A stretch of DNA of 64,000 nucleotides from Eledone cirrhosa (GCA_964016885.1 OZ024755.1:23994001-24058000), one strand, 5' to 3'; positions 1-11,970 are shown, numbered from the stretch's first letter. Made by a program: numbers and translations. The notes: generated by a model not told the origin, from the letters alone.

Positions 1-47
1 AAGTTTTAGTGTATTTAGTGTTAACTTTCTAGCTGTTTTTGTTTTAT

Positions 48-490
48 CATCATCATCATCATTATCATTATCATTATCATCATCGTTACCGCCATTTTAA
101 TCACCATCACCACCAACATCACCATCATCATTATAATCAACAATAACCACCGTTGTCATCATCATCATCATCACTGTCATCATTGCCACCATCATCATCA
201 CCAACATCAACATCATCATCGTCATTATAATCAACAATAACCACCGTTGTCACCATCATCATCATCACCACCGTCATCATTGCCACCATCATCATCACCA
301 CCATCACCATTCTTACCAGCATTATAACCACCATCAGCACCAACATCACTATCGTCACCAATCATCATCATCATCATCACCATCATTGCCATCATCACCA
401 CGAACATCACCATCACCATAATGATGATCATCATCGTCATTGTTACCATCACCATCATCACCATTACCACCACCATAATGATCATCACCA
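48..490. repeat. (CAT/CAC)n compound trinucleotide microsatellite
   Basis: Continuous catcat/caccat runs; source of the M/V/D-rich ORFs at 137-491. Confidence 0.95.
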
Positions 491-491
491 T

Positions 492-644
492 GGCGGTGAA
501 TTGGCAGTATCGGTTACGTCCCTTTACGATCTGAGTTCAAATCCCGCCGAGGTTAACTTTGCCTTTCATCCTTACGGGGTCGATAAAATAAAGTACCAGT
601 AATGTACTGGGATAATTGCTGGCCTTGTGCCAAATGTAGAAACA
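492..644 (+). mobile_element. tRNA-derived SINE family A (MetaSINE-like), internally deleted copy
   Basis: A-box-like TGGCAGTATCGG, B-box GAGTTCAAATCC, central GCCTTTCATCCTTACGGGGTCGATAAAATAAAGTACCAG (resembles the Meta domain), tail GGCCTTGTGCCAAATGTAGAAACA; repeated more than 25 times in the window. Confidence 0.9.
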
Positions 645-1101
645 GTCGTCGTCGTCGTCGTCGTCATCATCATCATCATCATCATCGATGTTTTGCACAG
701 TAAATACCATGCACTGGATTTACAGCGTATGGAATCTCACTAGAACTTCACTATAAAAAGAATCCTTTCCAACTTCCAGCATATCAGCTTCCAACATATC
801 TTGCTCATTTCCAACATCTCACAGGTGGTGTAGACAGTTGTAATTAGGGTCTTCTTTTGTTTCACTGTACCTCCTTTCTTTCTCAATCACTAATTACAAT
901 TTATGATGATCTTTCATGATAACAAAACCAAAACTAATAACTGAACAATTGCTGTGATAGAATGAGACAAGAACATTCTAGACTGTATAAAAGAACTGAC
1001 TGCTGAGTCTTAACTCATTACTGTCAAAAGTTCAGTCTTTCTGTTTCTTCTACTGTAGTTCTGGCTCTTCTCAATTTTCACAGTGTGTTTCACCCCTAGG
1101 T

Positions 1102-1465
1102 GAAGGCAGGTGGCCTAGTGGTGAGGGTGATGGACTTACGATCATAATGCCATGGGTTTGATTCCTGGGCTGGCTTGTGTGCTGTGTTCTTGTGCAACAC
1201 ACTTCATTTCATGTTTCTCCAGTGTACTCAGATACAAATGAGTACCAGTAATAGCTGGGGGTTTAACCCTGTGTGTGGTGGTTTGGCGTTCTGTTGGGGG
1301 AGTCTTGTACTCTCAATTGCTTCACGCCACGAAACCAGGATAAGCACTGGTCTGAGGAGCTTCTGGACTCATGACTGACTTTAACCCTGTGATGGACTGG
1401 CATCCTGTCCAGGGTGAGGGAGAGTCTTGTACTCTAAGTCACTTCACACCACAAAACCAGGATAT
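1102..1465 (+). mobile_element. tRNA-derived SINE family B (CORE-like) with duplicated 3' part
   Basis: GGTGGCCTAGTGG A-box, GGTTTGATTCC B-box, CORE-like TTCTTGTGCAACACACTTCATTTC; matches 33895 and 49515 copies. Confidence 0.8.
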
Positions 1466-1819
1466 ATCATTGAATCTGAAAGGTTAGACTGAACTGAAAT
1501 TAAAGAGCCTTTTTTATTCAACTACAAACTGTATTTTCTACATACGTATGTATTTAGAATTGATCCCCGTATAATTGATCCTCAAGTATAATGAACATAG
1601 ATGAACTCTACTCAGGATTAGCAAGAAATCTACCACTTGTGCACAATATTAGTTTGACAGCTTTAACTCTTCTTTCCCATATTATGAACAATGCATATAT
1701 ATTCGAGATATGTTTTGCTAACTTGCTAAGAGATGTTCTAAAGTGGTGTATTTTGAATAAACAAATCTATTTCAAATAACAACACTACAGTTATTTCAAA
1801 ATGGAAAATGAAGGGAGGG

Positions 1820-2120
1820 GCAAGGGATCTGGGGTCACAGGAGAATGGGAGGGGTGCAGAAAGGAAGGGTGATGGGCTCTAGGCCTAGGGTGTGGTGGTG
1901 TTGGGGCTGCGCCCCATAGACAAGACCACAAAAGCATTTCTGCGAATGGCCAGCAACAGCTGCTGCAACAATCACCCCCACCTTGCAGGGCTCCTTCCTC
2001 AGACGGAATGCTGATGTTCCAATCTGGCAGAGGAACTCGGCTGTATGGGGTCCAAGTATGCCTGAGGTTTCAATGGCGACCAATGTGAAGAGAAGCGGCC
2101 GGACAACCCCGGTATTTGTT
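1820..2120 (-). mobile_element. Fragment of a CRE-like (restriction-endonuclease type) non-LTR retrotransposon ORF C-terminus
   Basis: Translates VAIETSGILGPHTAEFLCQIG, resembling the F.P.A.ET.G..GP.A..FL C-terminal motif; second copy at 39120-39420. Confidence 0.6.
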
Positions 2121-2164
2121 TAAATATAACATGCATTGCCAATGTTATAAAAAAAATCACAATA

Positions 2165-2208
<44 letters not shown>

Positions 2209-2212
2209 TATT

Positions 2213-2327
2213 CCTATACGAGTGAGACACGGTTACCCAACCAACCTTGCCTCAAATTGGGACAACTCCCGTCTAACCCATGCTAGCGTGGAAGATAGAC
2301 GTTAAACAATGATGATGATGATGATGA
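2213..2327 (+). mobile_element. Retroposon 3' tail fragment ending in (GAT)n
   Basis: GTCTAACCCATGCTAGCGTGGAAGATAGACGTTAAACAATGATGATG; near-identical pieces at 43102-43203 and 30136-30255 (minus). Confidence 0.75.
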
Positions 2328-2782
2328 TATAATAAATCAAAAAGCTCAAAAAGAGAATTTTCTTGTATCTCATTATCATTCTGGTGAATAACACATCTAA
2401 TTACATTGGATATAGATGTTGAAAGCCACCTGTTTATTAGAAACAAAACCAACCACGTTAAAGAGTTTTTAATTAACAAACTTTCTCACATAATTTTTAC
2501 CAAGAAGAAATTATGTTACAAATATTATCTTAATGAAATTATTATTTTAGTAAATCTTTCCAAAATTCTTCATTAAGTAATTTCATAAGAAATAGAGCAA
2601 CAAAAGGGCCCAAAACAGTAGTTTATTTTAAAAGCAGTTTTTAGAATGTTTTAATTCTTTCTTAGGTACTTGAATGATTCTAGGTTACATCTATTAGATG
2701 GTAACATTTGCCCCATCATAGTTTATTAATTTTCTTTTTTTTTTTTTTCCATCAAAGTTATGGTCATGCTGGAGCATATCTT

Positions 2783-2996
2783 TTAACCCTTTAGCATTTA
2801 AACTGGCTGTATCCAGCCAGAATTCCCTCACCTCTTTCTGTTCAAACTGGCTGTAACCGGCCATTCATACTTATGTTCTCAAAATAAATAATATCAAAAT
2901 ATCATATATTTGATATTATGTGAGATATGTCAGGTAAAGCCTTTACCATGAAAATATAATAGTAAATATAGAGTAATGTAACTGCTAAAGAGTTAA
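2783..2996 (+). mobile_element. piggyBac-type MITE family P1
   Basis: TTAA flanks, TIR CCCTTTAGCATTTA ... TAACTGCTAAAGAG; about 12 copies in window. Confidence 0.85.
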
Positions 2997-4442
2997 AACA
3001 ATTAAAAACACTATATTATCCACAAAACTAATATATTTTAAACACTCTCAATAGACTGCTCCTTTGGTTATAAAAATAACAATATAGTATTCCTTTTACA
3101 CACACACAAACATTCCCACAAACACACACACATTGTGTGACAGATGGATGAAAATCGCTCAAGTTTATATATAGATTATATATATATCAGATGTGTTCTG
3201 GTTGCTTTTTGGGGTTGAAGGTTTTTTTTAATTTTCCAATCTTGGTTTTTTCTGTGGTATAATCTTTATTATATCCTTTTTTATTATAATCTTTATTATA
3301 TCCTTTTTTATTACATGGATAATTTTAGGTGAGGAATCATTAAAATAAATGCTCTCCAAACAAGCCTCAAATCTTAAGATGAAAATGAATATACTTCTTT
3401 AGATTCACAATTTGAAATTAGAGCAATATCTCAGAATACCCTATGGCACACCAGAATAATTAGGGAATATGCCAGCACTGTGAGATTTTCAGTTCTTTGC
3501 GATGGAAGATGTCTTGGGATAATAACAATAAATAAATAAATAAATAAAACAGTGATTTATCATGATGTGAAGCTTCTCACTGGGATGGTAATCCATCACA
3601 TACTGGTTGTCCCACAAGCAAGGCAGTATTTAAACATTATATTAAAAACACCTGACACATTTATGGAACATGTGGTCTAAGTGAATGTGGATATGTCTTT
3701 AAATAAAAGTACATGTAAATTGGTGTGTGAAAATATATAGGAGCATAGTCATATTTTTCTTTACATTCTTTCAATCCCCATACACACATAAAAGCAATAA
3801 CATATTCCTACTACTAACACACCTCTGAATTTTCAAAGGTGTGCTAGCAGATCAATCTAAGTTGTTACAACCAATAATCAGCCTACTCAATTCTTCTTCA
3901 ACTCTATCATTTGGTGATTCATCTAAATTCTTTCTTTGCATCCTTCAACAGCATTAAATATTCATTCATCTTTCTCTATACTCAACCAGGCTATTTCTAC
4001 ATTTCTAATGTGCAGCTACCATGTCAAATGGTTCTAAGCCATCAATCCATATATTCCTCAAACATTAAGAGAAGGAATACTACCAAGAGGTAACATTTAT
4101 ATTTGGTTTTGTCTCTCCAACAAACCTGTGAAAGATATACCTATGAGGCGAATACTAAAATATCAGAGGCCTCATTAGTTACAGACTAAATATACAATAT
4201 CTTGATAACAATATGAAGTGTCTATTAGTGTCTACCCAGCTTTAGTTTCAACTGTGACATAGCAAACACTGAATTTATGTGGAAAAAATGTTGACATAAT
4301 TCTTTGCTTACTTTCTTTATTACTACCTGAGTATCTGAACAAAACACACATATACACATACAGATAATTATGCATATACATGCTTAAACTTGGGAGGTAG
4401 CTGTAAAAGCAAACTTGCTATCTTCAATTCAGTATTTGGGTC

Positions 4443-4590
4443 AACCCTTACCTATGGTCATGAATCTTGGGTAATGATCAAAAGAATATGATAGTGAATA
4501 CAAGTGGCCAAAATGGGGTTCCTCTGAAGGACTTTTTGAGTAATGTTACTTGATAGAGTGCCTAGCTCAGAGATCAGAGAGTAACTCCAA
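4443..4590 (+). mobile_element. RTE (Rex3/Expander-like) LINE fragment
   Basis: Translates LTYGHESWVMIKRI..IQVAKMGFL; homologous to 59020-59450. Confidence 0.75.
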
Positions 4591-4610
4591 GTATTATTGT
4601 ATTTTTGTGG

Positions 4611-4746
4611 TAATGAGATTTTGATATTATTTATTTTGAGAACAATATTTTAACATGAGTATGAGTGGCCAGTTACAGTCAGTTTGAACAGAAAGAGGGG
4701 AAAGAATTGTGGCTAGATACAGCCAGTTTAAATGCTAAAGCGTTAA
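4611..4746 (-). mobile_element. piggyBac-type MITE P1, partial
   Basis: Ends TTTAAATGCTAAAGCGTTAA; internal match to other P1 copies. Confidence 0.75.
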
Positions 4747-4972
4747 ATATACTTCTGTGCTTTTTCACTATATAATATATATATTATAAAGAGGTGGGAC
4801 CTGGCTCTTTATAATATAACTACACTCTACTAACCCATGTATCGAGTACCCTATTGAGTAATGGTCTAACTAGATTCAACTTGGTTATATCCTGATTTAT
4901 ATATATATATATATGTTGATTTAAAACTGCACTATCCACAAGTGTTTTTTAGCCTTCATATCATGTTCTCCT

Positions 4973-5041
4973 GTTTTATCTGATGAAAACACAAATATTA
5001 TTGCTTGATGATGTTTGTTTTTGAAATGCGCATAATAAAAT
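4973..5041 (+). ncRNA. Predicted type I hammerhead ribozyme (family H-A)
   Basis: GTTTTAT-CTGATGA-stem II (caaatattatt/gatgatgtttg)-GAAA-TGCGCA-TA^ATAAAAT; stem I GTTTTAT/ATAAAAT; homologous to 29341-29405. Confidence 0.7.
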
Positions 5042-5093
5042 ATATGGAACTCCTTTAACCATCTTTTGATCTTATATTATATATATATATATA

Positions 5094-5351
5094 TATAAAG
5101 AATTTGAAGTTTGAAAGCCATGACAATGTGGATTGGATGGAAAATAATTAAATCGTAAGACACAGGGGATGTTTTTTGCCTAAATTTATTCAGAATAGTT
5201 CTTTTATTTTCCTCAGAAGGAGATATATTAATCTCAAAATATCAGGACACATGAATAGATTAAGGTAAAAAAGCAATCCCTGTTTCTTCTGATTTAATTA
5301 TTTTCCGTCCAACCCACATTGTCATGGCTTTGAAACTTCAAATTCTTTATA
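5094..5351. repeat. Long imperfect inverted repeat (foldback, ~100-bp arms) abutting (TA)n
   Basis: ATAAAGAATTTGAAGTTTGAAAGCCATGACAATGTGG ... CCACATTGTCATGGCTTTGAAACTTCAAATTCTTTAT. Confidence 0.9.
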
Positions 5352-5375
5352 CCATATATAAATTCCATCTTGTAT

Positions 5376-5602
5376 CATCATCATCATCATCATCATCATC
5401 AGGTTTAACGTCCGTGTTCCACGCTTGCATGGGTTTGGACGGGGGTTTTCCCACTTGAGGCAAGAGTGGTTGTCTTGCTTGCATAGGACTGTCTGGCGGG
5501 TTTTCTACAGTTGGATGCCCTTCCTAACACCAACCACATTTACAGTGTGGGGCTGGGAGGTTTTTACCGTGTTGCCTACACGGCTACATTACAGCGTGGA
5601 AT
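5376..5602 (-). mobile_element. Retroposon family C (GGAAGGGCATCC motif, (GAT)n tail)
   Basis: Near-identical to 54124-54400; starts with the (CAT)n tail on the plus strand. Confidence 0.8.
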
Positions 5603-5605
5603 GTC

Positions 5606-5640
<35 letters not shown>

Positions 5641-5822
5641 TATATATACACACACACATGCCTATCTACATGCACTCATGTACATGCTTATATAAATCAA
5701 CAATTTCACCTGTATTTTCATATAACATCATTCAACATAAGCATATGTATATGTACACATACATCGTCTTGTACATACATAAACATATGTATATATGTGC
5801 ATACATCTTCTTTTATATATAT

Positions 5823-5862
<40 letters not shown>

Positions 5863-7076
5863 CATAGACAAGCAAGTACAATTTCAGTTTTCATGTACCT
5901 TGTATTATAAAATCTACTAGAATATGTAATACATAAGCATATTTTAGTTCTTCAGGTAATCAACATCACTAAATAAATACAAACATGTTAACATTTTATC
6001 TTTCTTTCATTTACACTTCTTTGTTTCTCTCACTCACTTCCATCTCCCTTTTCTAATGTTCCTTTTCCACTCTCTGTTTCCACCTTAAGCTTTCTATTCT
6101 CTTCTCTCTGTTAGTAATGTTTATGACAATTCTCTCACTCATTTCCTTCATCACTCTTATCTTCCACTTTCTTTGTCTTCAAGTTTTGCTCCTGCTTTTA
6201 TTCTTATATCTTTTTCCATTTCATTCTAATCCATTCTTTTTACTATTTTTTCTTCCACATCTCCACCTCTCTTTTTTTTCTCTCTTTCTATTTATACAAA
6301 TTGTGTTTACATTAATCCTATATCTATATTTAGTTCATTTTAGTTTTTTGCTTTTCTCCTTAACTTATGACAGAGCAGTATTTTTTAACTGCTTGATGTA
6401 ATAAAAGAGCCATCAACAGCTGTCTGTCTATTGCTATCATTTGCCTCCTTACTAATGACATCTCTGTTTCTTTTCCTTAACATCATTCTTACATAAGAAG
6501 CAAAATCCCTCAGAGACATACCCTCCTTGTTTGGTAACTTGCCCTTTTATCCATATGCCACTGTTACTATAACTAATCTAATTAGTGGCTTAGTGGTTTA
6601 CAGATGAAAAACAACTAATTATTGGTTAAATTTGATGGCTTACAACTTGTAGTAAGTTCATGTCTACCCGAGAGTAGTCATAAACCTTCCTCTATTTGGA
6701 TTCTAAATAATTGAAACCATTAATAACTTGAATGGTAGACATAATCTGTCACCCTGTTTAACACCACCATTTGGTTGTTGAGTACATTTAGTGCACTAAA
6801 CCCTTCTGTTGAAAGTATTTGGGCCAGGTGTCTGGTCTGATATCAACTTCCTTTCTTTCACTTTTCTCAGATGTACAGGTAAAGGGTCATAGGTGTTGCC
6901 CCCCCCCCCTCCCGCTGAATAAGCCATTAAAAAACTCCATACAGTTCTAAAGGCAACAAGGTAGAGTGTAACTAATACATTGATAATGACAATAAAATGC
7001 AGTAGATGAAACAAAGCTCACCTCATTCTCTGCAATTATTAATTGACTAATAAATAGTCAGCATGGAAGTTGATAA

Positions 7077-7223
7077 GAGAGAGAGGGGGTAGAGATGGGA
7101 GAGGAAAAGAGAGGAGTAGAGAGGGGAGCGAGAGAGAGGGGAGAGAGAGAGAGAGAGAGGGGAGAGAGAGAGAGAGAGGGGAGAGAGGGGGGAGAGAGAG
7201 AGAGGGAAGAGAGAGGGGAGAGG
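7077..7223. repeat. (GA)n/purine-rich microsatellite
   Basis: Continuous gagaga/gggaga run. Confidence 0.95.
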
Positions 7224-7254
7224 GTATTAACAATTCATGCAAACACTGCATTAT

Positions 7255-7760
7255 AATTGTTTCTACTTTTGGGACAAGGCCAGAAATTACCCAGTACATT
7301 ACTGGTACTTTATTTTGTCGACCCCGTAAGGATGAAAGGCAAAGTTAACCGTAGAGGGATTTGAACTCAGATCATAAAGGGACGTAGCTATGCTGGAAAC
7401 ATGTCCGACCCTCTACCGATACTGCCAATTCACCTCCCTAAATAATTGTTTCTACTTTTGGCACAAGGCCAGCAAATAACCAGTACATTACTGGTACTTT
7501 ATTTTATCGACCCCGTAAGGATGAAAGGCAAAGTTAACCTTAGAGGGATTTGAACTCAGATCATAAAGGGACGTAACTATGCTGGAAACATGTCCAACCC
7601 TCTACCGATACTGCCAATTCACCTCCCTAAATAATTGTTTCTACTTTTGGCACAAGGCCAGCAAATACTCAGTACATTACTGGTACTTTATTTTATCGAC
7701 CCCGTAAGGATGAAAGCAAAGTTGACCTCGACGGGATTTGAACTCAGAATGGAAAGGGCC
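7255..7760 (-). mobile_element. Head-to-tail array of three SINE-A copies
   Basis: Units start at ~7255, ~7444 and ~7633, each AATTGTTTCTACTTTTGG; the third is truncated. Confidence 0.9.
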
Positions 7761-7789
7761 ATAATTCTATTGGCAGATCTTGAGGAAAA

Positions 7790-8075
7790 GGCAATGCTCA
7801 AGGCCTATATAGGCCCTCTGAGACCAAAGACATCAATTCCATCTATGTTCTGCTAAACTGTTGCAGATCCACTCCTTTGGGAAAGACAAGAGTAGGAAGC
7901 ATATTCCAGAGATCTGACATTCTGAGCTCAGAGCAGAAACGATTGGACATTGTGGTTAGTGTAAGTTCGAGGGAGGGGAGTTTGACACAGTATGGGTGAT
8001 GAGATGACAAGGGACAGATTTGCTTGAGTAGAAATAGCATATGAGACTAGCAGGCTTCAGGGAGCAGTGTGTATT
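7790..8075 (-). mobile_element. CR1/Jockey-type LINE 3' ORF2 fragment
   Basis: Translates SHHPYCVKLP...RMSDLWNMLPTLVFPKGVDLQQF, matching the LWN.LP..VFP terminal motif. Confidence 0.65.
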
Positions 8076-8381
8076 GTAGTAATTGTAGAAGAAGAAGATG
8101 GGGAAGCAGACATTAATTTGAGAGTCTTTTTTTTTTCTGGATGTAATCTAGGATCCCAGTGTAAACAAGAGCAGTGTCACTTCAGATGAAGGAGCAGAAC
8201 TCTAGTGTGGGTTTCACTTTGTAAACCAGACTGAACTATAGAATATCTGATGTAAAAAAAATTCAGAGGCCATTACCAAACTCTGTACCCCATTGAGCAC
8301 ATCTGGTTGAAACTTCTGAGCAACAATTAGAATTTATTCACATGTCTGGAATACTCAGCTATTTACACATTATTTTAATGA

Positions 8382-8564
8382 GGCGGTGGATTGGCAGTAT
8401 TGGTAGAGAGTCGGACACCATGCTTTGAAGCATGGTCCCTTGCCATTCTGAGTTCAAATCCAGCCAAGGTTAACTTTGCCTTTCATCCTTACGGGGTCGA
8501 TAAAATAAAGTACCAGTAATGTACTGGGATAATTGCTTGCCTTGTGCCAAAAGTAGAAACAATT
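8382..8564 (+). mobile_element. SINE-A, full length, with TSD
   Basis: Consensus match; flanked by direct repeat ATTATTTTAATGAG. Confidence 0.9.
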
Positions 8565-8650
8565 ATTTTAATGAGTATCCAACCATAAAATAGTGCCTCA
8601 AAACATCTTGTCTAACACAAGCCAGCATAGTAAAGCGGATGTAAAAAGGA

Positions 8651-8694
<44 letters not shown>

Positions 8695-8696
<2 letters not shown>

Positions 8697-8850
8697 CAAA
8701 TTGGCAGAGTCATTAAGACATAGGATACAATGCTTTATGGGATTTGTCCCACCTCATTGCGCTCTCTGAGTTCAAATATCGACAGGGTCAAATTTGCTTT
8801 TCATCCTTTTGAGGTTGATAAAAAAAAGCACCAGTCCAGTACTGCGGTCG
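8695..8850 (+). mobile_element. SINE-A-related divergent copy
   Basis: TGGCAGAGTC..GAGTTCAAATATC..GCTTTTCATCCTTTTGAGGTTGATAAA. Confidence 0.7.
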
Positions 8851-8939
8851 ATTCTTCCTCTGTAGAAAAAATTGGCTATGTTCAGACTTGGAGAGGGTTG
8901 AGCTCCACCAGGTTTAAAAATGCCCTAGACATACCGTAT

Positions 8940-9075
8940 GGATTTGCGACCTATAGATATTATTAGCAATTGGAAAGACCAATAGAAAAATTGTTTCTTT
9001 GATCCGATTTGACAAACTCCACCCTAATCGTTAAGCGAATGAGGTATGGGATCTTGTCGATCGACTGTCAATTAT
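8940..9075 (+). mobile_element. Unclassified dispersed repeat (possibly Helentron/HINE-like)
   Basis: ATAGATATTATTAGCAATTGGAAAGACCAATAGAAAAATTGTTTCTTTGATCCGATTTGAC...GTCGATCGACT matches the reverse complement of ~25465-25550; class is a guess. Confidence 0.45.
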
Positions 9076-9827
9076 GTAAACATTGTAATTGGGTTGTATA
9101 ATGGATGTGTGTAATTGACAAGTAATTATCTCTAAATATTAAACATTAATATGTTACACCAATTTTGGAATATCTATATTGAACATTACCTTTTCATAAT
9201 ATCTGAATAATTTCTGAAATTTAACATTCAGGGCTACAACTACAGACACAGGTTTGCATAGACAAATTTACTACTAGACAAATAAATGAAAAGCTTTCAA
9301 GATATCTTTGGAATAGAATGTGTACCTATATTGGTTTACATAGCTGTAATTATTACGCAAACTACTTACAACAATTGTATGGCAGAATCAACATATCAGG
9401 TGGTGTTCTAATTAGATATTTTCCTCTTCCTCTGCTTCTCATCTTCTCTACCACTCATCTGTTCTCCCTAACCGCCTTGGCATTTAGCCAAATAGCACCC
9501 CACTCTTTCATATTCAAGAGAGATGCAATTGAAACCAGGCAAAATGTTCCTCTTTGAGACACATGCCCTAGTTGTTTATCAGAGCACACAGTCAATATCT
9601 GAATATTTCTCTTCTTTTAGTTGGCACTTATTAAAAATATTTAGAGAATGAAGGAATAAAGAAAGGTTTTCAAGATTGTTTGCCTTGAAATGAAGTAAGC
9701 TTTTCTAAACTTATAACAAAATATAATTTTTCTAACTTTCTATGTCTTATGTATTGCATGTGTAGACCCAAAACACCTGGTGGAGTTGTAAGGGTGCTGT
9801 CATGATATACAGCATGTCTTAGGCACT

Positions 9828-10056
9828 TTAACCCTTTAGCATTTAAACCAGTGGTATCCAGCCAGAATTCTCTCACCTCTTTCTGTTCAAACCAGCCGTA
9901 ACTGGCCACTCATACTGATGTTAAGGTATTGTTCTCAAAATAAAAAATATCAAAATCTCATAGATTCAATATTATGTGAGATAATTATATGAGATAAAGC
10001 CTTTACCTCGAAAATACCATAGTATATATAGAGTAATGTAAATGCTAAAGAGTTAA
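9828..10056 (+). mobile_element. piggyBac-type MITE P1 (extra 3' end copy at 10136-10192)
   Basis: TTAA-CCCTTTAGCATTTA ... TAAATGCTAAAGAG-TTAA. Confidence 0.9.
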
Positions 10057-10436
10057 ATCCTGTTGTTATGACTAGCATAGCCCTTTCAGTAAAGTGTGAG
10101 GATTTAAAAATAGAAATGAGAAGTCAGGTTCAATGTTTACCATGAAAATACAATAGTATATATATATAGTAATGTAAATGCTAAAGGGTTAAACTTGGTG
10201 GAGATATGAACATAGTTGATTTCTTCCAGGGAAGGAGAGGGAGAGTGAAAGGAAGTAAGAATGAAAGAAAGAGGAAGAATCAACTTCAGTATTTGACTGG
10301 TACTTTTTTTATCAACCTTGAAAAGATGAAAGGTAAATGTCTTATCATGCGTAGATTTTTAATCTTCTGGAATTTTAAGTAATTGGATTTATTATATAAA
10401 AGTGTATTTTTCTTTTCATGCATGGCTTGAGCTCAC

Positions 10437-10870
10437 ATGTATGTGTGTGTGGGGGTGGTTGGGGTGGGGTGTATGTGGTGTGTGTATGTGGTATGTGGGG
10501 TGTGTGATGTGGTGTGTGAGTAGGTGATGTGTGTGTAGGTGATGTGTGTGTAGGTGGGGTGTAATGTATGTGAAGTATGTATGTGGGATGAATGTATGGG
10601 GGAGAGGGGGTGTATGTAGTGTGTGATGTGTGTGGAGTGTGTAATGTATGTGGAGTGTGTAATGTATGTGGTGTGCGTAATATATGTGGTGTGCGTAATA
10701 TATGTGGTGTGCGTAATATGTGTTCTGTGTGCACATGGAGTGTGTGTATGTGGGGTGTGATGTATGTGGAATGTGCATGTGTGTGTATGTGTGTGTGGTG
10801 TGGAATGTGCATGTGTGGTGTGTGTATGTGTAGACTGTGTAAATGTGGGGCTGTGTATGGGATGTGTTTA
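10437..10870. repeat. GT-rich degenerate microsatellite with 18-bp subrepeats
   Basis: tgtggtgtgcgtaatata-type units; source of the His/Thr ORFs. Confidence 0.9.
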
Positions 10871-11149
10871 TATGGGGCTGGATAGTTTTGGTGAGGTGCA
10901 TAAGATATTTATTGGCATCTTCCTGGTTTTCCTAGCCCTGGACCAATATACCAGCTAAACCACTGCCTCTTGTAAGCATTCGTCAGTCCCTTCTTCGGGA
11001 CAAAACCCTTAATAAAAGAAATATAGTGGCAGGCATCTATTTCTCTGGAGAAGGTTGCAAGTGTTGTCAAAACATTAGTTAACACTACTGCTCTTAGCAT
11101 TTTATCTAAGGCCCATATTGGTTATTAATGACCATGGTTTTATACCTTG

Positions 11150-11428
11150 AAAGTTTCCCTGAGGTACAAGCCTGGGCAAGGCTTGTTTGTGGAAGATCAG
11201 CAGTTACCCATGTATACCAGTGCCCCCTCTCCATGCCACTGATGTTGTCCATGGGAAAGGTAATGGCCGATACAGCTTGGCACCAGTGATGTTGCAACTC
11301 ATTTCTATAGCTGAGTAAACTGGAGCAACGTGAAATAAAGTGTCTTGCTCAAGGACACAACGCACCACCAGGTCTCAGAATCGAACACCCAACATCTTAA
11401 TTGCAACCCCAAAGCCATGTGCCTTCAC
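11150..11428 (-). mobile_element. SINE-B (CORE-like)
   Basis: CTGGAGCAACGTGAAATAAAGTGTCTTGCTCAAGGACACAAC is the reverse complement of the CORE-like segment; ends GCCATGTGCCTTC. Confidence 0.8.
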
Positions 11429-11503
11429 ACTTAGGAACTATGATATGTTCCCTTTTCTTGGTAGTAATGATTTCTACTACAGGCACAAGGCATGTATAGT
11501 AAC

Positions 11504-11692
11504 GGCTGGTTCTAATGGGGGATAAAACAATGGCATTAACTACGCTATCAGTTTTAAAATCCATAGTTGAAGGCTTTCAAAATGTTTATTTATAAACATA
11601 CCATATGTCACCAGATATATAACTTCATGTATTTCATATACAAAGCTATGTTAGAGTTAATACCCTTATTTTATCACCCGGCAAAGCCAGCC
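11504..11692. mobile_element. Small MITE-like element with ~38-bp imperfect TIRs
   Basis: GGCTGGTTCTAATGGGGGATAAAACAATGGCATTAACT vs reverse complement of the right end GGCTGGCTTTGCCGGGTGATAAAATAAGGGTATTAACT. Confidence 0.55.
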
Positions 11693-11970
11693 ATTCTATA
11701 TGCAAATTTGGCTGATCAGTCAATGTAAATAGGCTTCTAAACATTATATTTTAGCTTATATTAAGTTACATCAGTAAGTGGTCAGGAGTACTAGTTTGAT
11801 AATGACCAAAAGTCAGAAATGATGATGTCATCATCACTAGTTGCCCATACTTAGCTTCTGTTGCAACACATTAGATGGCGCTATGCTATCAGTTTTCAAA
11901 TTCATCGCTGAAGGCTTTCAAAATGTTTATTTATAAACATACCGTATGTCACCATATATACAACTTCACG

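Noticed and set aside
137-491. Low-complexity ORFs (also 7039-7348, 10375-10958, 14939-15468, 22441-22928, 26036-26433, 55240-55865)
   Set aside because: Translations of microsatellites, open in several frames at once.
9455-9600. Minus-strand TTCAG acceptor followed by a 47-codon open frame
   Set aside because: Weak polypyrimidine tract and no recognisable homology; compatible with chance.
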